Positions 18,534 to 29,341 of a stretch of DNA of 64,000 nucleotides are shown one piece after another (the first letter of the stretch is position 1; every line of letters begins with the position of its first letter). The notes below the pieces were generated by a model. It was not told where the DNA came from. It did no database searches and saw only the letters and a list, made by a program, of their open reading frames with translations. A program made the translations under genes and the position numbers. The DNA lies in the NCBI GenBank assembly GCA_000964245.1, contig LANB01000001.1, positions 1,700,392 through 1,764,391 on the forward strand. The letters are read 5' to 3'. Origin of the DNA: Cellvibrionaceae bacterium 1162T.S.0a.05 (lineage in GTDB: Bacteria > Pseudomonadota > Gammaproteobacteria > Pseudomonadales > Cellvibrionaceae).

Positions 18534-19736
18534 TTGTATATGTTTACCACACTTAGTCGTCTGCCTGCCAATGTCTGGATTATTGCTTTAAGTTTATCCT
18601 TGGCTTTTTCCGGCGTGCCTTTACTGGTTTTAATCAGCGGCTTGCTTGCAGCTGAGTTAGCACCGGTAAAAGAAATGGCGACCTTGCCCCTTGCATTAAA
18701 TGTAATTGGGGTGGCGGTTTCAAGTATACCGGCAGCATTGCTTGCGAAACGTATTGGTCGCAAAGCGACCGGCTTTACGGGTTTAACGCTTTCGTTTTGT
18801 GGGAGTTTACTCTGTGCATTTTCGACCTTCGTCGGCAGTTTCACTTTTTTGTTGATTGGCGCGTTTTTCATTGGGACTAGTTCGGCTGTTTTTCAGCAGT
18901 TTCGATTTGCTGCGATTGAAAGTCTGCAATACAAGGAAGACACGGGTCCGGCCATTTCCATGATTTTACTTTGTAGTGTTATCGCGGGTTTTATTGGTCC
19001 GGAAATTGGTGAGCGAGGTCGAGATTTAATTCCACAAGCACATTATGCGGGCTCGTTTTTGTTGATGGCTTGCGTCACCATTATCGCAATGCTGGTATGG
19101 ACACGTTTTAGCAACCCCGTTGTTGTCGCGCAGCAGGACGAAGGGAAAGCGCGTCCGCTCAGTGTGATCATCAAGCAACCCGTTTTCTTCATTGCACTCA
19201 GTGCGTCTCTCATTGGATACGCCGTGATGAGTTTTTTAATGACGTCAACGCCCATCAGTATGACGGCGATGCACGGCCACAGTTTGGTTGATTCCAAATG
19301 GGTAATCCAAAGCCACCTTGCCGCCATGTTTGCGCCATCATTGATTACTGGCTTTCTAATCCAGCGCTTTGGTCTCGCCTCCATTCTGGTGACAGGTAGT
19401 TTGTTGTTTATTGCCGTTTTGATCGTGGCCCTGCAAGGGCATGCACTGATGCATTACTGGTGGTCTCTTGTTTTATTAGGTCTGGCCTGGAATTTCCTGT
19501 TCATCAGTGGAACCAGTTTGCTGCCACAAAGTTATCGGCACAGCGAGCGTTTTAAGGTTCAGGCGGTGAATGATTTTGCCGTATTCAGTAGCCAGGCCCT
19601 CGCTTCTCTCAGTGCCGGTTGGGTGCTTTTTCAATTGGGCTGGGAAAAACAGGTGTGGATGTGTGCGCCCCCTTGTTTGCTAATGTTAGGCATTTCCATC
19701 TACTGGCTCCTGCGTGAAAAACACAATTCGCCATAA
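18534..19736 (+). CDS. MFS transporter
   Basis: 400 aa with about 12 TM helices. The LAKRIGRKAT loop motif is present. Confidence 0.75.
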   Translation: MYMFTTLSRLPANVWIIALSLSLAFSGVPLLVLISGLLAAELAPVKEMATLPLALNVIGVAVSSIPAALLAKRIGRKATGFTGLTLSFCGSLLCAFSTFVGSFTFLLIGAFFIGTSSAVFQQFRFAAIESLQYKEDTGPAISMILLCSVIAGFIGPEIGERGRDLIPQAHYAGSFLLMACVTIIAMLVWTRFSNPVVVAQQDEGKARPLSVIIKQPVFFIALSASLIGYAVMSFLMTSTPISMTAMHGHSLVDSKWVIQSHLAAMFAPSLITGFLIQRFGLASILVTGSLLFIAVLIVALQGHALMHYWWSLVLLGLAWNFLFISGTSLLPQSYRHSERFKVQAVNDFAVFSSQALASLSAGWVLFQLGWEKQVWMCAPPCLLMLGISIYWLLREKHNSP

Positions 19737-19820
19737 TTAATCAGTAAAGTGCGCCGTTCCTGCCCTCGCGCGGCCCTTTTTTCTCGCTCTAATAACGTCA
19801 TTAAGAGGGAGGAATAGGCT

Positions 19821-20006
19821 ATGAATACACCCCAACCCCCGAACCTGGAAAAATTACGAGAGCGCCGCAAAGTGCCACTTGAAGGCATTGCATGGCTGAG
19901 CTTTGTGCTACTGACGCTTGCCTTTGGTATTTTTATGACGTTTAAATCTTATGGAGTAAGTACTAACCTGGTTGAGAACCACCAGCAGTATTCGACACGG
20001 AAATAA
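19821..20006 (+). CDS. Small hypothetical membrane protein (61 aa)
   Basis: Strong RBS AAGAGGGAGG and a single TM helix. Confidence 0.3.
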   Translation: MNTPQPPNLEKLRERRKVPLEGIAWLSFVLLTLAFGIFMTFKSYGVSTNLVENHQQYSTRK

Positions 20007-20080
20007 AGAGAGGCTGTTGGCACATAGCGGCTCATGTTATCCTCTTCGTCAATACGAAATGATATTGCCAGGAGGAATAA

Positions 20081-20608
20081 ATGAAAAGGATATTATTGAT
20101 TGCTATTGTGCTTACATCGTCACTGACAAATCTGGCAAGTGCAGAAGATTTTGTTCTGGATTCCGCTAACGAAGGATTAATCGAGAAAAAACTACTTTGG
20201 GGGCCTTCTCGTTTAAGCTTTGACTTGGTGCTCGAGATGCCGGTTTCGGAAGATACCGTACCCAAATTTTTTCTGGAGAGCAACGGTAACTACAGGCATA
20301 ACCTTTTTAAGCTTAGTGTATCGGATGAACAATGCACTGGAGAGTATGAGGTGATGGTTAGTTTCAGGCAGGATAAAAATAAATTAATCACTCATTATTT
20401 TGAATTAAAAGTTCCTTGGCCTGAGGCAATCGAATTGAAACTCGAAGCCAATAGAAAAAGCAAGAAAGGATTTCATCACACGTTAACGGTTAATGGTGAA
20501 TCTAAAGATATTTTTACCTATAAAAAAATTAAGCAGATGGCTTTGCATGGTTCGGGTAAAGCCGAAGTTTTTGATTTAAGTGTTGAAAAAATGGAGAAAG
20601 AGTCATGA
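20081..20608 (+). CDS. Secreted/lipoprotein of unknown function
   Basis: RBS CAGGAGGAATAA and a signal peptide. It is stop/start coupled (ATGA) to the next gene. Confidence 0.5.
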   Translation: MKRILLIAIVLTSSLTNLASAEDFVLDSANEGLIEKKLLWGPSRLSFDLVLEMPVSEDTVPKFFLESNGNYRHNLFKLSVSDEQCTGEYEVMVSFRQDKNKLITHYFELKVPWPEAIELKLEANRKSKKGFHHTLTVNGESKDIFTYKKIKQMALHGSGKAEVFDLSVEKMEKES

Positions 20609-21999
20609 GGGCACTTATATTATTTATTATTCTCGGATGTTCTCTCCCTCTTCGCGCTACTACTATTGAAATTGCTCTCTTTAACTATCAAGAAGGAAAA
20701 TTCTCTGAAGCTTATAAAGCATTTCAGGAACTGGCAGCGATTGGTAACACAAAAGCTCAATTTAATATTGGTGTAATGTATGCTCGTGGAGAACATGTTG
20801 AGACGGATTTTGCCGAATCCTGGGCCTGGTTCAAGTTGACCGAAATGAATCAGGGAGATGATGTTCAGAAAATTATTAACTTGCTTGAAAGCAAAATGAC
20901 AGACCAGAATAAAACGAAAGCTATTCAGCGATTCGAACAATTACGGGAAAGTCATAGTAACGAAGCAATAGCTCAGCGGTATTTACCCCAAAACGAAGCA
21001 ACTGAATCCAGTAGTTTCAAGACAGCACGTAAAATTTTATCAGTACAAGCGCGATATCCCAGTAGAATGCTAAATCGAGGCTTTTCGGGCGCGGTTGATG
21101 TCGAGTTCATGATTGATAAAGATGGTACAGTTCGATATCCCTCGGTGCTTGCTTCTACCAATGCTGCATTTTCTGATGCTTCTATTACGGCAATTTTAAA
21201 AAACCGCTATGAGCCTGCGATGCTCGATGGTAAACCTGTCCACGAATATGGCCGTCGTATGAGGTTTGTATTTAATATGGAGGGTGCTGAAATAAATTAT
21301 AAAAAAGTTGAAAAAATATTTAATCCTTTAAAAGAAAAAGCTGAGACTGGAGGTGGTAGCGATAAATACCAATATGCTTACACTGTTTCTATGGTATTGA
21401 CTATGGGCAATTACATGGATGAAGAAAATAGTTTGCAGCTCGATAACCCGAACTCCTGGTTTTCAAAAGCCGCCCAGGACGGATTCAGCCCCGCGAAATA
21501 TGAATTGGGTAAGCGATTGGCCTATGGTAAATACTGTGCGGTAGATACAAACAAAGCTTTTTTCTGGTTGGAACAAGCAGCCGAGCAAGGCTTGGCTGAA
21601 GCGCAGCTCATGTTGGGGTTGGAATATCTTTCCGGAGTAAGAACTACTAAAGACCCTGTTAAAGGGCTCGATCTTATCAAGAAAGCAGCCGACAAAGGCT
21701 ATGATCATGCAAGTTTACGCTTTGGACTAATTGTGAGTACTAAAACAGAATTGAATCCAAAAGAGTTATCTTTAGCGAAGTCCTTCTTCGAGAAAGTAAA
21801 TGAGAAAGATTACCCTGATAGCCTTTCTTACTATGAAACGGCAGCAACTTTATATTATGCCGTGGGAGAAAAAAAGAAAGCACAAAAAATGTGTAAAAAA
21901 GGATTAAAGGCCGCAAATGAACGAGAGCTGGAAGCGGTGAGGATAACAAAAATTATTACAGCAATAGAGTCTGATCAAAGGTATATCGAGGCAATTTAG
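20605..21999 (+). CDS. Sel1-repeat protein with an embedded TonB C-terminal (TonB_C) domain
   Basis: Sel1/TPR-like repeats (GNTKAQFNIGVMYARGEH; KYELGKRLAYGKYCAVDTNKAFFWLEQAAEQGLAEAQLMLGLEYLSG). The central ARYPSRMLNRGFSGAVDVEFMIDKDGTV...YEPAMLDGKPV is a TonB_C fold. Confidence 0.65.
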   Translation: MRALILFIILGCSLPLRATTIEIALFNYQEGKFSEAYKAFQELAAIGNTKAQFNIGVMYARGEHVETDFAESWAWFKLTEMNQGDDVQKIINLLESKMTDQNKTKAIQRFEQLRESHSNEAIAQRYLPQNEATESSSFKTARKILSVQARYPSRMLNRGFSGAVDVEFMIDKDGTVRYPSVLASTNAAFSDASITAILKNRYEPAMLDGKPVHEYGRRMRFVFNMEGAEINYKKVEKIFNPLKEKAETGGGSDKYQYAYTVSMVLTMGNYMDEENSLQLDNPNSWFSKAAQDGFSPAKYELGKRLAYGKYCAVDTNKAFFWLEQAAEQGLAEAQLMLGLEYLSGVRTTKDPVKGLDLIKKAADKGYDHASLRFGLIVSTKTELNPKELSLAKSFFEKVNEKDYPDSLSYYETAATLYYAVGEKKKAQKMCKKGLKAANERELEAVRITKIITAIESDQRYIEAI

Positions 22000-23184
22000 T
22001 TGAAGTTTGAAGCTCAAGTCCGTGATCTAGCGAGTGACGGGCGTGGTATTGTTGTGTCGCCTGAGGGTGAAAGTTGTTTTGTCGCGGGCGTTTGGAGAGG
22101 CGAAACGGTATATGTCGAAAAGCGCCTGAAAAAATCCAAAGTCGCGGAGGCGAAACTGCTTGACGTGATTGAAGCCAGCGATGCACGCCGTGATGCGCCC
22201 TGTCGTTATCATGGCCACGGGCAACGCTATTGTGGTGGTTGTGCCTGGCAATTTGTCTCGTATGACGCTCAGCTTGAGGCCAAGCAGCAGCGCATTGAAC
22301 AACAAATTGCGCGTATTATTGAAAATGCTCCCATAAAGCAAATCAAGGCATCGCCCGAGGAATGGGCTTATCGTAATCGTGCGCAATTGAAAAGCGATGG
22401 GCAGGTCCTTGGCTTCGAAGCCTCTCAAAGTCATGCACTTATTGAGATTACGGATTGTTTGGTACTGAGTGACAAAAATCGTAAACACCTGCAATCACTT
22501 CTAACACGATTGCCGAATAAAGAATGGCAACCAAAAGGCAAACATCACAAAACGCGGCAAAAAGTTAGGTCCAACGGGCGAGTAAAGTTCTCCCGAAAGA
22601 AATGGACGACGCTGGATATTGATGAAAGTCTTGATATCGGTGAGGTGAGTGTAAATCAGCGTTTGCCTTTCCAGCAGGCAAACACGGCGCAAAATAGCTA
22701 TATGCAAGAATGGTTGCGAGATCACTTGCTCACACTGGACGCAACACAGGAAATTCTTGAGCTTTTTTGTGGGTCAGGTAACTTTACAGACGTTATTAGT
22801 GCAAACGCGAAAGCGTGCATTCGAGCCATTGAGCTGGACGAGCGTGCCGTATCTGCCCTGAACGCACGGCAATTGGCAGGAGTCAAAGCGTTAACTGGAA
22901 ATTTATTTGACGAAGCAGCGATTGAACAATTGGTCCCGGAAATAAAAAATACCAATATTCTGGTGTTGGACCCGCCACGTGATGGTTTTAAACTTATGGC
23001 GGCCTTGTTAAAGAATCTGCCCCGGCTTGAAACTGTGTTTTATATAAGCTGCGATTTGGCTAGTTTTTGTAGGGATACGCGAGCGCTGTTAGAAGCGGGT
23101 TTCGAAATGCAGGAATTGCAACCATTGGATTTATTCCCGCAAACCCCTCATGTTGAAACGCTAGCCTGCTTTAAAAGAATGTAA
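22000..23184 (+). CDS. rlmD: TRAM-domain SAM-dependent RNA (uracil-5) methyltransferase, RlmD/RumA family
   Basis: N-terminal TRAM-like beta domain, Cys cluster CRYHGHGQRYCGGCAWQ and MTase motifs (LELFCGSGNFT; VLDPPRDG). It has a TTG start and an unusual basic insertion KGKHHKTRQKVRSNGRVKFSRKK. Confidence 0.65.
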   Translation: MKFEAQVRDLASDGRGIVVSPEGESCFVAGVWRGETVYVEKRLKKSKVAEAKLLDVIEASDARRDAPCRYHGHGQRYCGGCAWQFVSYDAQLEAKQQRIEQQIARIIENAPIKQIKASPEEWAYRNRAQLKSDGQVLGFEASQSHALIEITDCLVLSDKNRKHLQSLLTRLPNKEWQPKGKHHKTRQKVRSNGRVKFSRKKWTTLDIDESLDIGEVSVNQRLPFQQANTAQNSYMQEWLRDHLLTLDATQEILELFCGSGNFTDVISANAKACIRAIELDERAVSALNARQLAGVKALTGNLFDEAAIEQLVPEIKNTNILVLDPPRDGFKLMAALLKNLPRLETVFYISCDLASFCRDTRALLEAGFEMQELQPLDLFPQTPHVETLACFKRM

Positions 23185-23225
23185 GTGGGATATCCTCTAA
23201 AAAAAGGAATCGGGTGTTTACCTGG

Positions 23226-23822
23226 TTAATAATGCCCGAGTTTTTTAGAAACGGTTTCTCTCGCGAGTCGCAGTGAGTTACGCATATGGTTAGCGTCTGT
23301 ACCCGTCGAGTATGTGTGCTTGAGTAAATTCATATCAAAATAATTTTCAATGCGGTGCTTGTTGGCCGCCTCCTTTCCGTAGAGTATTTTTGCCCAGATA
23401 TTAATGCACTTTAAATACCGTACTGTCGATAAATTCACGTATTTGGAAAAAGCGGAGTGCATACCTTGAATGTTGCGTTCGCCAGGTGGGCGGAAGCCGG
23501 GTGGCAGGTAATAGGTTGAATAGTAACGCCAGGGAAAAATAAGCACACGAAAACCCAACTTCGCGAGCCAGAACAAAAGTATAAGTGGCAGCCCAACCAG
23601 CATAATTATGAAATAGACAAAGCGCGTTAATACGTTGTGTTGCATTGCAACGCGATAGAGAGGCAGTTTGGGCACCAATGCGGCTTTCAAGCCGTCCAGC
23701 ACGTCCTCGCGTTGCAATGCGCGAGCAGCCTTGAAACAAGCAGCCTCGGCATTCGTCATCATGGCGGCCTGCTTTGCCTTATTTGCCTTGTTGGTCATGG
23801 CGTCCATTGCGAGTGTGTGCAA
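23226..23822 (-). CDS. Hypothetical membrane protein
   Basis: 198-aa ORF with one or two TM segments. No recognisable family. Confidence 0.35.
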   Translation of the reverse strand: MHTLAMDAMTNKANKAKQAAMMTNAEAACFKAARALQREDVLDGLKAALVPKLPLYRVAMQHNVLTRFVYFIIMLVGLPLILLFWLAKLGFRVLIFPWRYYSTYYLPPGFRPPGERNIQGMHSAFSKYVNLSTVRYLKCINIWAKILYGKEAANKHRIENYFDMNLLKHTYSTGTDANHMRNSLRLARETVSKKLGHY

Positions 23823-23921
23823 AAAGCGCCTATGTTAAAAACTTGCGCAGTAATTTGGAAGGCTTTTTGGTTTGTCGCGCTTCAGATAAGCAGGTTCCGC
23901 TTCATAGATGTGCACAAACTA

Positions 23922-24767
23922 TCATTTAGTCTGTAAGGCATTTGCGTGAAAGCGAATGTGATCTTCTATAAAACTCGCAATGAAGAAGTAGCTGTGGTCA
24001 TAGCCTGTGTGGCGTCGCAGAGTCAGTTCAACACCTGCATTAGAGGCCGCTTGCTCAAGTAGCTCAGGTTTAAGTTGCTCAGCAAAAAAATTATCTGCTT
24101 CACCTTGATCAACCAGAATGGGTAAATGACAACCACGTGTTTGCAGAAGTGCGCAGCTGTCGTACTCCGACCACTGTTCGCGATCATCCCCTAAATAAAG
24201 TCCGAGGGCCTTATGGCCCCAGGGGCAATTGAGGGGCGAGCAAATTGGTGCAAAGGCAGAAATGGAACTAAAGCGCTCCGGGTTTTTCAATGCAATTGTC
24301 AACGCACCGTGGCCACCCATCGAGTGCCCCATGATGGACTGGCGATCAAGAATTTGCGGAAAATTCGCTGCAACGAGAGCGGGCAACTCTTCGGTAATAT
24401 AGGAATACATTTTGTAGTGCTCTGACCAGGGTGTTGCTGTTGCATCGACATAAAAGCCGGCGCCGAGACCAAAGTCCCAGGCACCGTCAGGGTCGTCAGG
24501 CACGGTCTCGCCCCGTGGGCTGGTATCGGGGCATAAAATGGCGACATAATGTTCGGCTGCAAATTTTTGTGCGCCGGCTTTTTGCACAAAATTTTCATCT
24601 GTACAGGTCAAGCCGGACAGCCAGTAAATTAATGGAACGGGTTGTTCGGCAGACGCCTGCGGTGGCAGGTATAAAGAAAAATGCATTTCACAGGCTGTTG
24701 TTGATGCCTGATGTTTAAAACGCAGCTGCTGACCACCAAAACAAAGATTATTTGAAAGCTGTTCCAT
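23922..24767 (-). CDS. frmB: S-formylglutathione hydrolase (esterase D)
   Basis: GHSMGGHGAL serine motif, 281 aa, immediately downstream of frmA. Confidence 0.85.
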   Translation of the reverse strand: MEQLSNNLCFGGQQLRFKHQASTTACEMHFSLYLPPQASAEQPVPLIYWLSGLTCTDENFVQKAGAQKFAAEHYVAILCPDTSPRGETVPDDPDGAWDFGLGAGFYVDATATPWSEHYKMYSYITEELPALVAANFPQILDRQSIMGHSMGGHGALTIALKNPERFSSISAFAPICSPLNCPWGHKALGLYLGDDREQWSEYDSCALLQTRGCHLPILVDQGEADNFFAEQLKPELLEQAASNAGVELTLRRHTGYDHSYFFIASFIEDHIRFHANALQTK

Positions 24768-24797
24768 TTGTTGTCCCTTTACGACGCCTTTATACGA

Positions 24798-25922
<1,125 letters not shown>

Positions 25923-27023
25923 TTAATTTATTCGATTATGTGGATATTCGTCTGCGAGTTGTTTTTGTTTTTCGCTCACAGTTTTATTGTCAGTAGACCA
26001 TCCTTGAAGATTTTCTTCTATCAAGGATTTTAGAAAAGCAATGTGTTCGGGGCGATCATTCAATGCGGCAATATATTCATAGCTCTCACCGCCGGCTTCA
26101 ATAAAATAGTCTCGATTCTCTTCACCAATTTCTTCAATGGTTTCCAGGCAGTCGGCAGAAAAACCCGGGCAAATTAGCTGTACAGATTTGCAGCCCTCTG
26201 AAGCCAGGGTTTTTAACGTTTCATCTGTATAAGGTTGCAACCAGGCTTCACGGCCGAAGCGCGATTGAAAAGTTGTTATATATTCCTCTTTTTTCAGGCC
26301 TAGTTTTTCAGCAACCATGCGTGTCGTGCGCAAGCATTGACAGTGGTAGGGATCACCGGCGTGCAGATAGCGCAAGGGTACACCATGGTAGGTGAATACT
26401 AATTTTTCAGCGCGGCTGTGGCTTTGCCAATGTTGCTCAATGCTTGAACACAGCGCTGCGATATATGCTGGGTGTGTGTGGTAGCTGTCTACAAAACGTA
26501 AGGCAGGCAGCCAGCGACGTGAAACAAAATCCTTGGCCACGGCGTCAAAAGTAGAGGCTGTTGTGCTTGCGGAATACTGAGGATACAGGGGCAAAACCAA
26601 TAATTTACGAACACCTTGTTCGAGCATGGCGTCAATGCGCTCGGCAATGGCCGGTTTTCCATAACGCATACCCCAGTCGATCAGAACACTTTCACCGAAT
26701 TCAGCACGGAGAGCATCTGCCTGCTTGCGTGTATTCTCCGCGAGAGGTGAGCCCAGAGCGGCATCTTCTGACCAAATACTCTGGTAGGCCTTGGCGGAAC
26801 GCGCGGGACGAAAAATAAGAATAATGCGCAAGATAAACCACCACAGAAGCCGGTTGACCTCAATCACGCGGGGATCTGAAAGGAATTCCTTCAGGTAGCG
26901 CCGAAGGGCCGGGGCAGTGGGGGCATCGGGTGTGCCGAGGTTGGTGATGAGGACCCCGATTCGGGGAGGTTCACTGTGATCAAACTGACTGCGTCCGGAA
27001 TATTTCACGACTTCTTGTCCCAA
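25923..27023 (-). CDS. hemH: Ferrochelatase
   Basis: N-terminal IGVLITNLGTPDAPTAPALRRYLKEFLSDPRVIEV is the ferrochelatase signature. 366 aa. Confidence 0.85.
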   Translation of the reverse strand: MGQEVVKYSGRSQFDHSEPPRIGVLITNLGTPDAPTAPALRRYLKEFLSDPRVIEVNRLLWWFILRIILIFRPARSAKAYQSIWSEDAALGSPLAENTRKQADALRAEFGESVLIDWGMRYGKPAIAERIDAMLEQGVRKLLVLPLYPQYSASTTASTFDAVAKDFVSRRWLPALRFVDSYHTHPAYIAALCSSIEQHWQSHSRAEKLVFTYHGVPLRYLHAGDPYHCQCLRTTRMVAEKLGLKKEEYITTFQSRFGREAWLQPYTDETLKTLASEGCKSVQLICPGFSADCLETIEEIGEENRDYFIEAGGESYEYIAALNDRPEHIAFLKSLIEENLQGWSTDNKTVSEKQKQLADEYPHNRIN

Positions 27024-27149
27024 GTGAGTGCAGTGCAGATTATAGGCCAGCCCTGCGGTTCGCCAAAGTCATATACGAAGAAGATGATAAGAGAGATCTA
27101 AATGCGCTTGTTTTTTAACTTTTTCCTTAATAATCAAGGCATTAAATTT

Positions 27150-27220
27150 CAAAATCCTGTTACATGTAATAAATTTGTTTTTGTTACATGTAAAACGCTT
27201 TACATATCACATGTAATAGA
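27150..27220 (+). promoter_or_regulatory. Three phased palindromic TTACATGTAA-type operator candidates upstream of the 27226 operon
   Basis: TTACATGTAA at 27160-27169 and 27184-27193, cACATGTAAt at 27208-27217, and a TTACATAT half-site at 27200. The spacing is about 24-25 bp, and the sites lie 20-75 bp upstream of the start codon. Confidence 0.45.
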
Positions 27221-27225
27221 TTAAA

Positions 27226-27876
27226 GTGGGCCTCATGAAAGCGAAGTCTTCAGCGCATTACCAAAGAGAATATCGTCGTCGTTTGCGCGAGCAGGGCCTT
27301 GTGAAAAAGGAAGTCTGGATTCGCCCTGAAAACGCGAAGCAGCTGGCCGTATTCGAAAAAATCCTGCGTGATGTCATCGAGACACCGCTGGACCCTAACA
27401 AACTGTTGCGTAAAGGAGAGCACACAATGACAGACTTGAAATGTTGGACGACAGACTCTCTCTACGAGGCCATGAAAGATGAAGAGTTGATTCTCAGTGG
27501 GCAGGCCTCGGTAGAACTTATAGGTGGCGTGCATCCAACCTTGCATATCGTGATGCATGAGTACGGGGATTTACCCCTTTTTATGACCGTAGCCGGGGAG
27601 CAGCTTGTCGTTGAAGCCGTACTGTGGTCAACAGAGGAAGTCAGCGATCTTGCGAAATTTAATGATGCTGTGCTGCGAACACACAAGTATTTTCCGCTGT
27701 CCACCATAAGCCTGGACACTCTGGGCGACGGCAAGGATTACTACCACATGTTTGGCGCCTTGAGCTCCGCCTCGATTTTGCCGAACGTGATTTTTGAAAT
27801 TGAAACACTCGCTGCCAATGTGATTCAGGCAACGGAAGCCTACAGCGATCTGTTAAACCCCGCCAAAGAAGCTTAG
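27226..27876 (+). CDS. Hypothetical protein. An N-terminal basic, probably DNA-binding segment is fused to a YjfI/DUF2170-like domain (assignment tentative).
   Basis: The N-terminus KSSAHYQREYRRRLREQGLVKKEVWIRPE resembles RHH/phage-repressor-like basic motifs. It is followed immediately by a PspA/IM30 gene, as in E. coli yjfI-yjfJ. The ATG at 27235 is an alternative start. Confidence 0.4.
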   Translation: MGLMKAKSSAHYQREYRRRLREQGLVKKEVWIRPENAKQLAVFEKILRDVIETPLDPNKLLRKGEHTMTDLKCWTTDSLYEAMKDEELILSGQASVELIGGVHPTLHIVMHEYGDLPLFMTVAGEQLVVEAVLWSTEEVSDLAKFNDAVLRTHKYFPLSTISLDTLGDGKDYYHMFGALSSASILPNVIFEIETLAANVIQATEAYSDLLNPAKEA

Positions 27877-27892
27877 TGCTGAGGAGATAGAA

Positions 27893-28576
27893 ATGAATAT
27901 CTGGGCGAAAATGATGACCGCTTTGCGCGGAGGCATTAACGAAGCCGGCGAAGCCATCGTCGACACGCAAGCCTTGCGCATTTTGGACCAGGAAGTCCGT
28001 GAGGCTACGGATGAGCTTGAGCAATCCAGGGATGGTTTGGCGGCAATTTTGGCTCGCCAAAAACTGGCCGAAGAAAAAGCGGCAAGTTTAAAAAAACAAA
28101 TTGGTGAATACGAAGGCTATGCCACCCAGGCGCTGGAAAAAGGTGACGACGCGCTTGCGCTTGAAGTCGCGCAGAAAATTGCCGACCTGGAGAACCAATT
28201 GCAAACTGAAAATGATGCGGCTGCGGGTTTTGCTGACAGTGCGAAGGATTTACGTTCCGCTATCAAGCAGGCAGAGAGCAATATCAAACGTATCAAGCAG
28301 CAAATCGATACAGTCAAAGCCAAGGAAAGTGTGCAAAAAGCACAAACGGCGGTTGCCGAAAGGCACAGTGGTTCCAATTCAAAAATGCGCACGGCGATGG
28401 ATTCACTGGAGCGCATTAAGGAAAAGCAAGCACTTAAAGATGCGCAAATAAAAGCGGCTGCTGAAATGTCACGTGAAAAAGGTGATGACAGCCTGCAAAC
28501 AAAACTGGAAGAAGCCGGGATCGCACCGACGGGTAAAAAAGCACAAGAGGTGCTGGACCGACTGAAAAAGAAATAG
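27893..28576 (+). CDS. PspA/IM30-family protein (YjfJ-like)
   Basis: The MNIWAKMMTALRGGINEAGEAIVD N-terminus and the long coiled coil (227 aa) are typical of PspA/Vipp1/YjfJ. Confidence 0.8.
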   Translation: MNIWAKMMTALRGGINEAGEAIVDTQALRILDQEVREATDELEQSRDGLAAILARQKLAEEKAASLKKQIGEYEGYATQALEKGDDALALEVAQKIADLENQLQTENDAAAGFADSAKDLRSAIKQAESNIKRIKQQIDTVKAKESVQKAQTAVAERHSGSNSKMRTAMDSLERIKEKQALKDAQIKAAAEMSREKGDDSLQTKLEEAGIAPTGKKAQEVLDRLKKK

Positions 28577-28759
28577 CAAAACAGCTGTTACACGGACGTT
28601 GGGCCTGACTGCAAAGCAGGTACACGAAGGACCGACATGGAAGAGGCCTAATGATTAGGAAATGTATCACAGGACGTGATCCATGGATGAAGCGATTGGC
28701 TCAAGGATGAGCGCACTTAAACAACCCGCCTGATCTGGGCTGTAGAAAAGGAAAGTGAT

Positions 28760-28972
28760 ATGGATCGTTTTGAAAAAATTGCCTACAGCATTCTCTTTAT
28801 TCTCGCCGTCTTATACGGGCTCGCTTTGATTGTTGGCATGATGGCCGCTTTCCCTTTCGGTCTGCTTGGTCTGGCTGCAATGGTGGCTTTTGGCTTGCTC
28901 TTTATCAAAGTGCTGTGTGAGCGCATGAATAGCAAGGAAGACGATTATTACGATAAGCACGTGGAGAAATAG
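28760..28972 (+). CDS. Small two-TM membrane protein
   Basis: 70 aa with two hydrophobic helices. It is stop/start adjacent to the ybjQ-like gene (28972/28974). Confidence 0.4.
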   Translation: MDRFEKIAYSILFILAVLYGLALIVGMMAAFPFGLLGLAAMVAFGLLFIKVLCERMNSKEDDYYDKHVEK

Positions 28973-28973
28973 C

Positions 28974-29288
28974 ATGATTATCACCACCCAGGATCGCATT
29001 GAAGAAAAAGAAATCGTTGAAACGCTCGGTCTTGTTCGGGGAAATACAATTCGGGCAAGGCACATTGGTAAGGATATTCTCGCGGGGCTGCGCACTATCG
29101 TCGGTGGTGAAATCAGTGAATACACCAAAATGCTGGCGGAAGCGCGTGAACAGGCCATTGACCGCATGACGGAAGAAGCAAGGAAGTTAGGTGCTGACGC
29201 GATTGTATGTTTACGTTTTACGACGTCGCCGGTTCTACAAGGCGCGGCGGAACTTCTAGCCTATGGAACAGCTGTAAAATTAAATTAA
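28974..29288 (+). CDS. YbjQ/UPF0145 (DUF74) family protein
   Basis: 104 aa; the EIVETLGLVRGNTIRARHIGKDILAGLRTIVGGEI core is typical of YbjQ. Confidence 0.75.
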   Translation: MIITTQDRIEEKEIVETLGLVRGNTIRARHIGKDILAGLRTIVGGEISEYTKMLAEAREQAIDRMTEEARKLGADAIVCLRFTTSPVLQGAAELLAYGTAVKLN

Positions 29289-29341
29289 GTTTGCTGGCTT
29301 AAGCTTCCATAGCTAAGTAATGACAGATACAGGAGCATCCC

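Noticed and set aside
19757-19790. GC-rich segment followed by TTTTTT after the MFS transporter gene, considered as a terminator
   Set aside because: The stem is at best 4 bp with a large loop. It is too weak to call.
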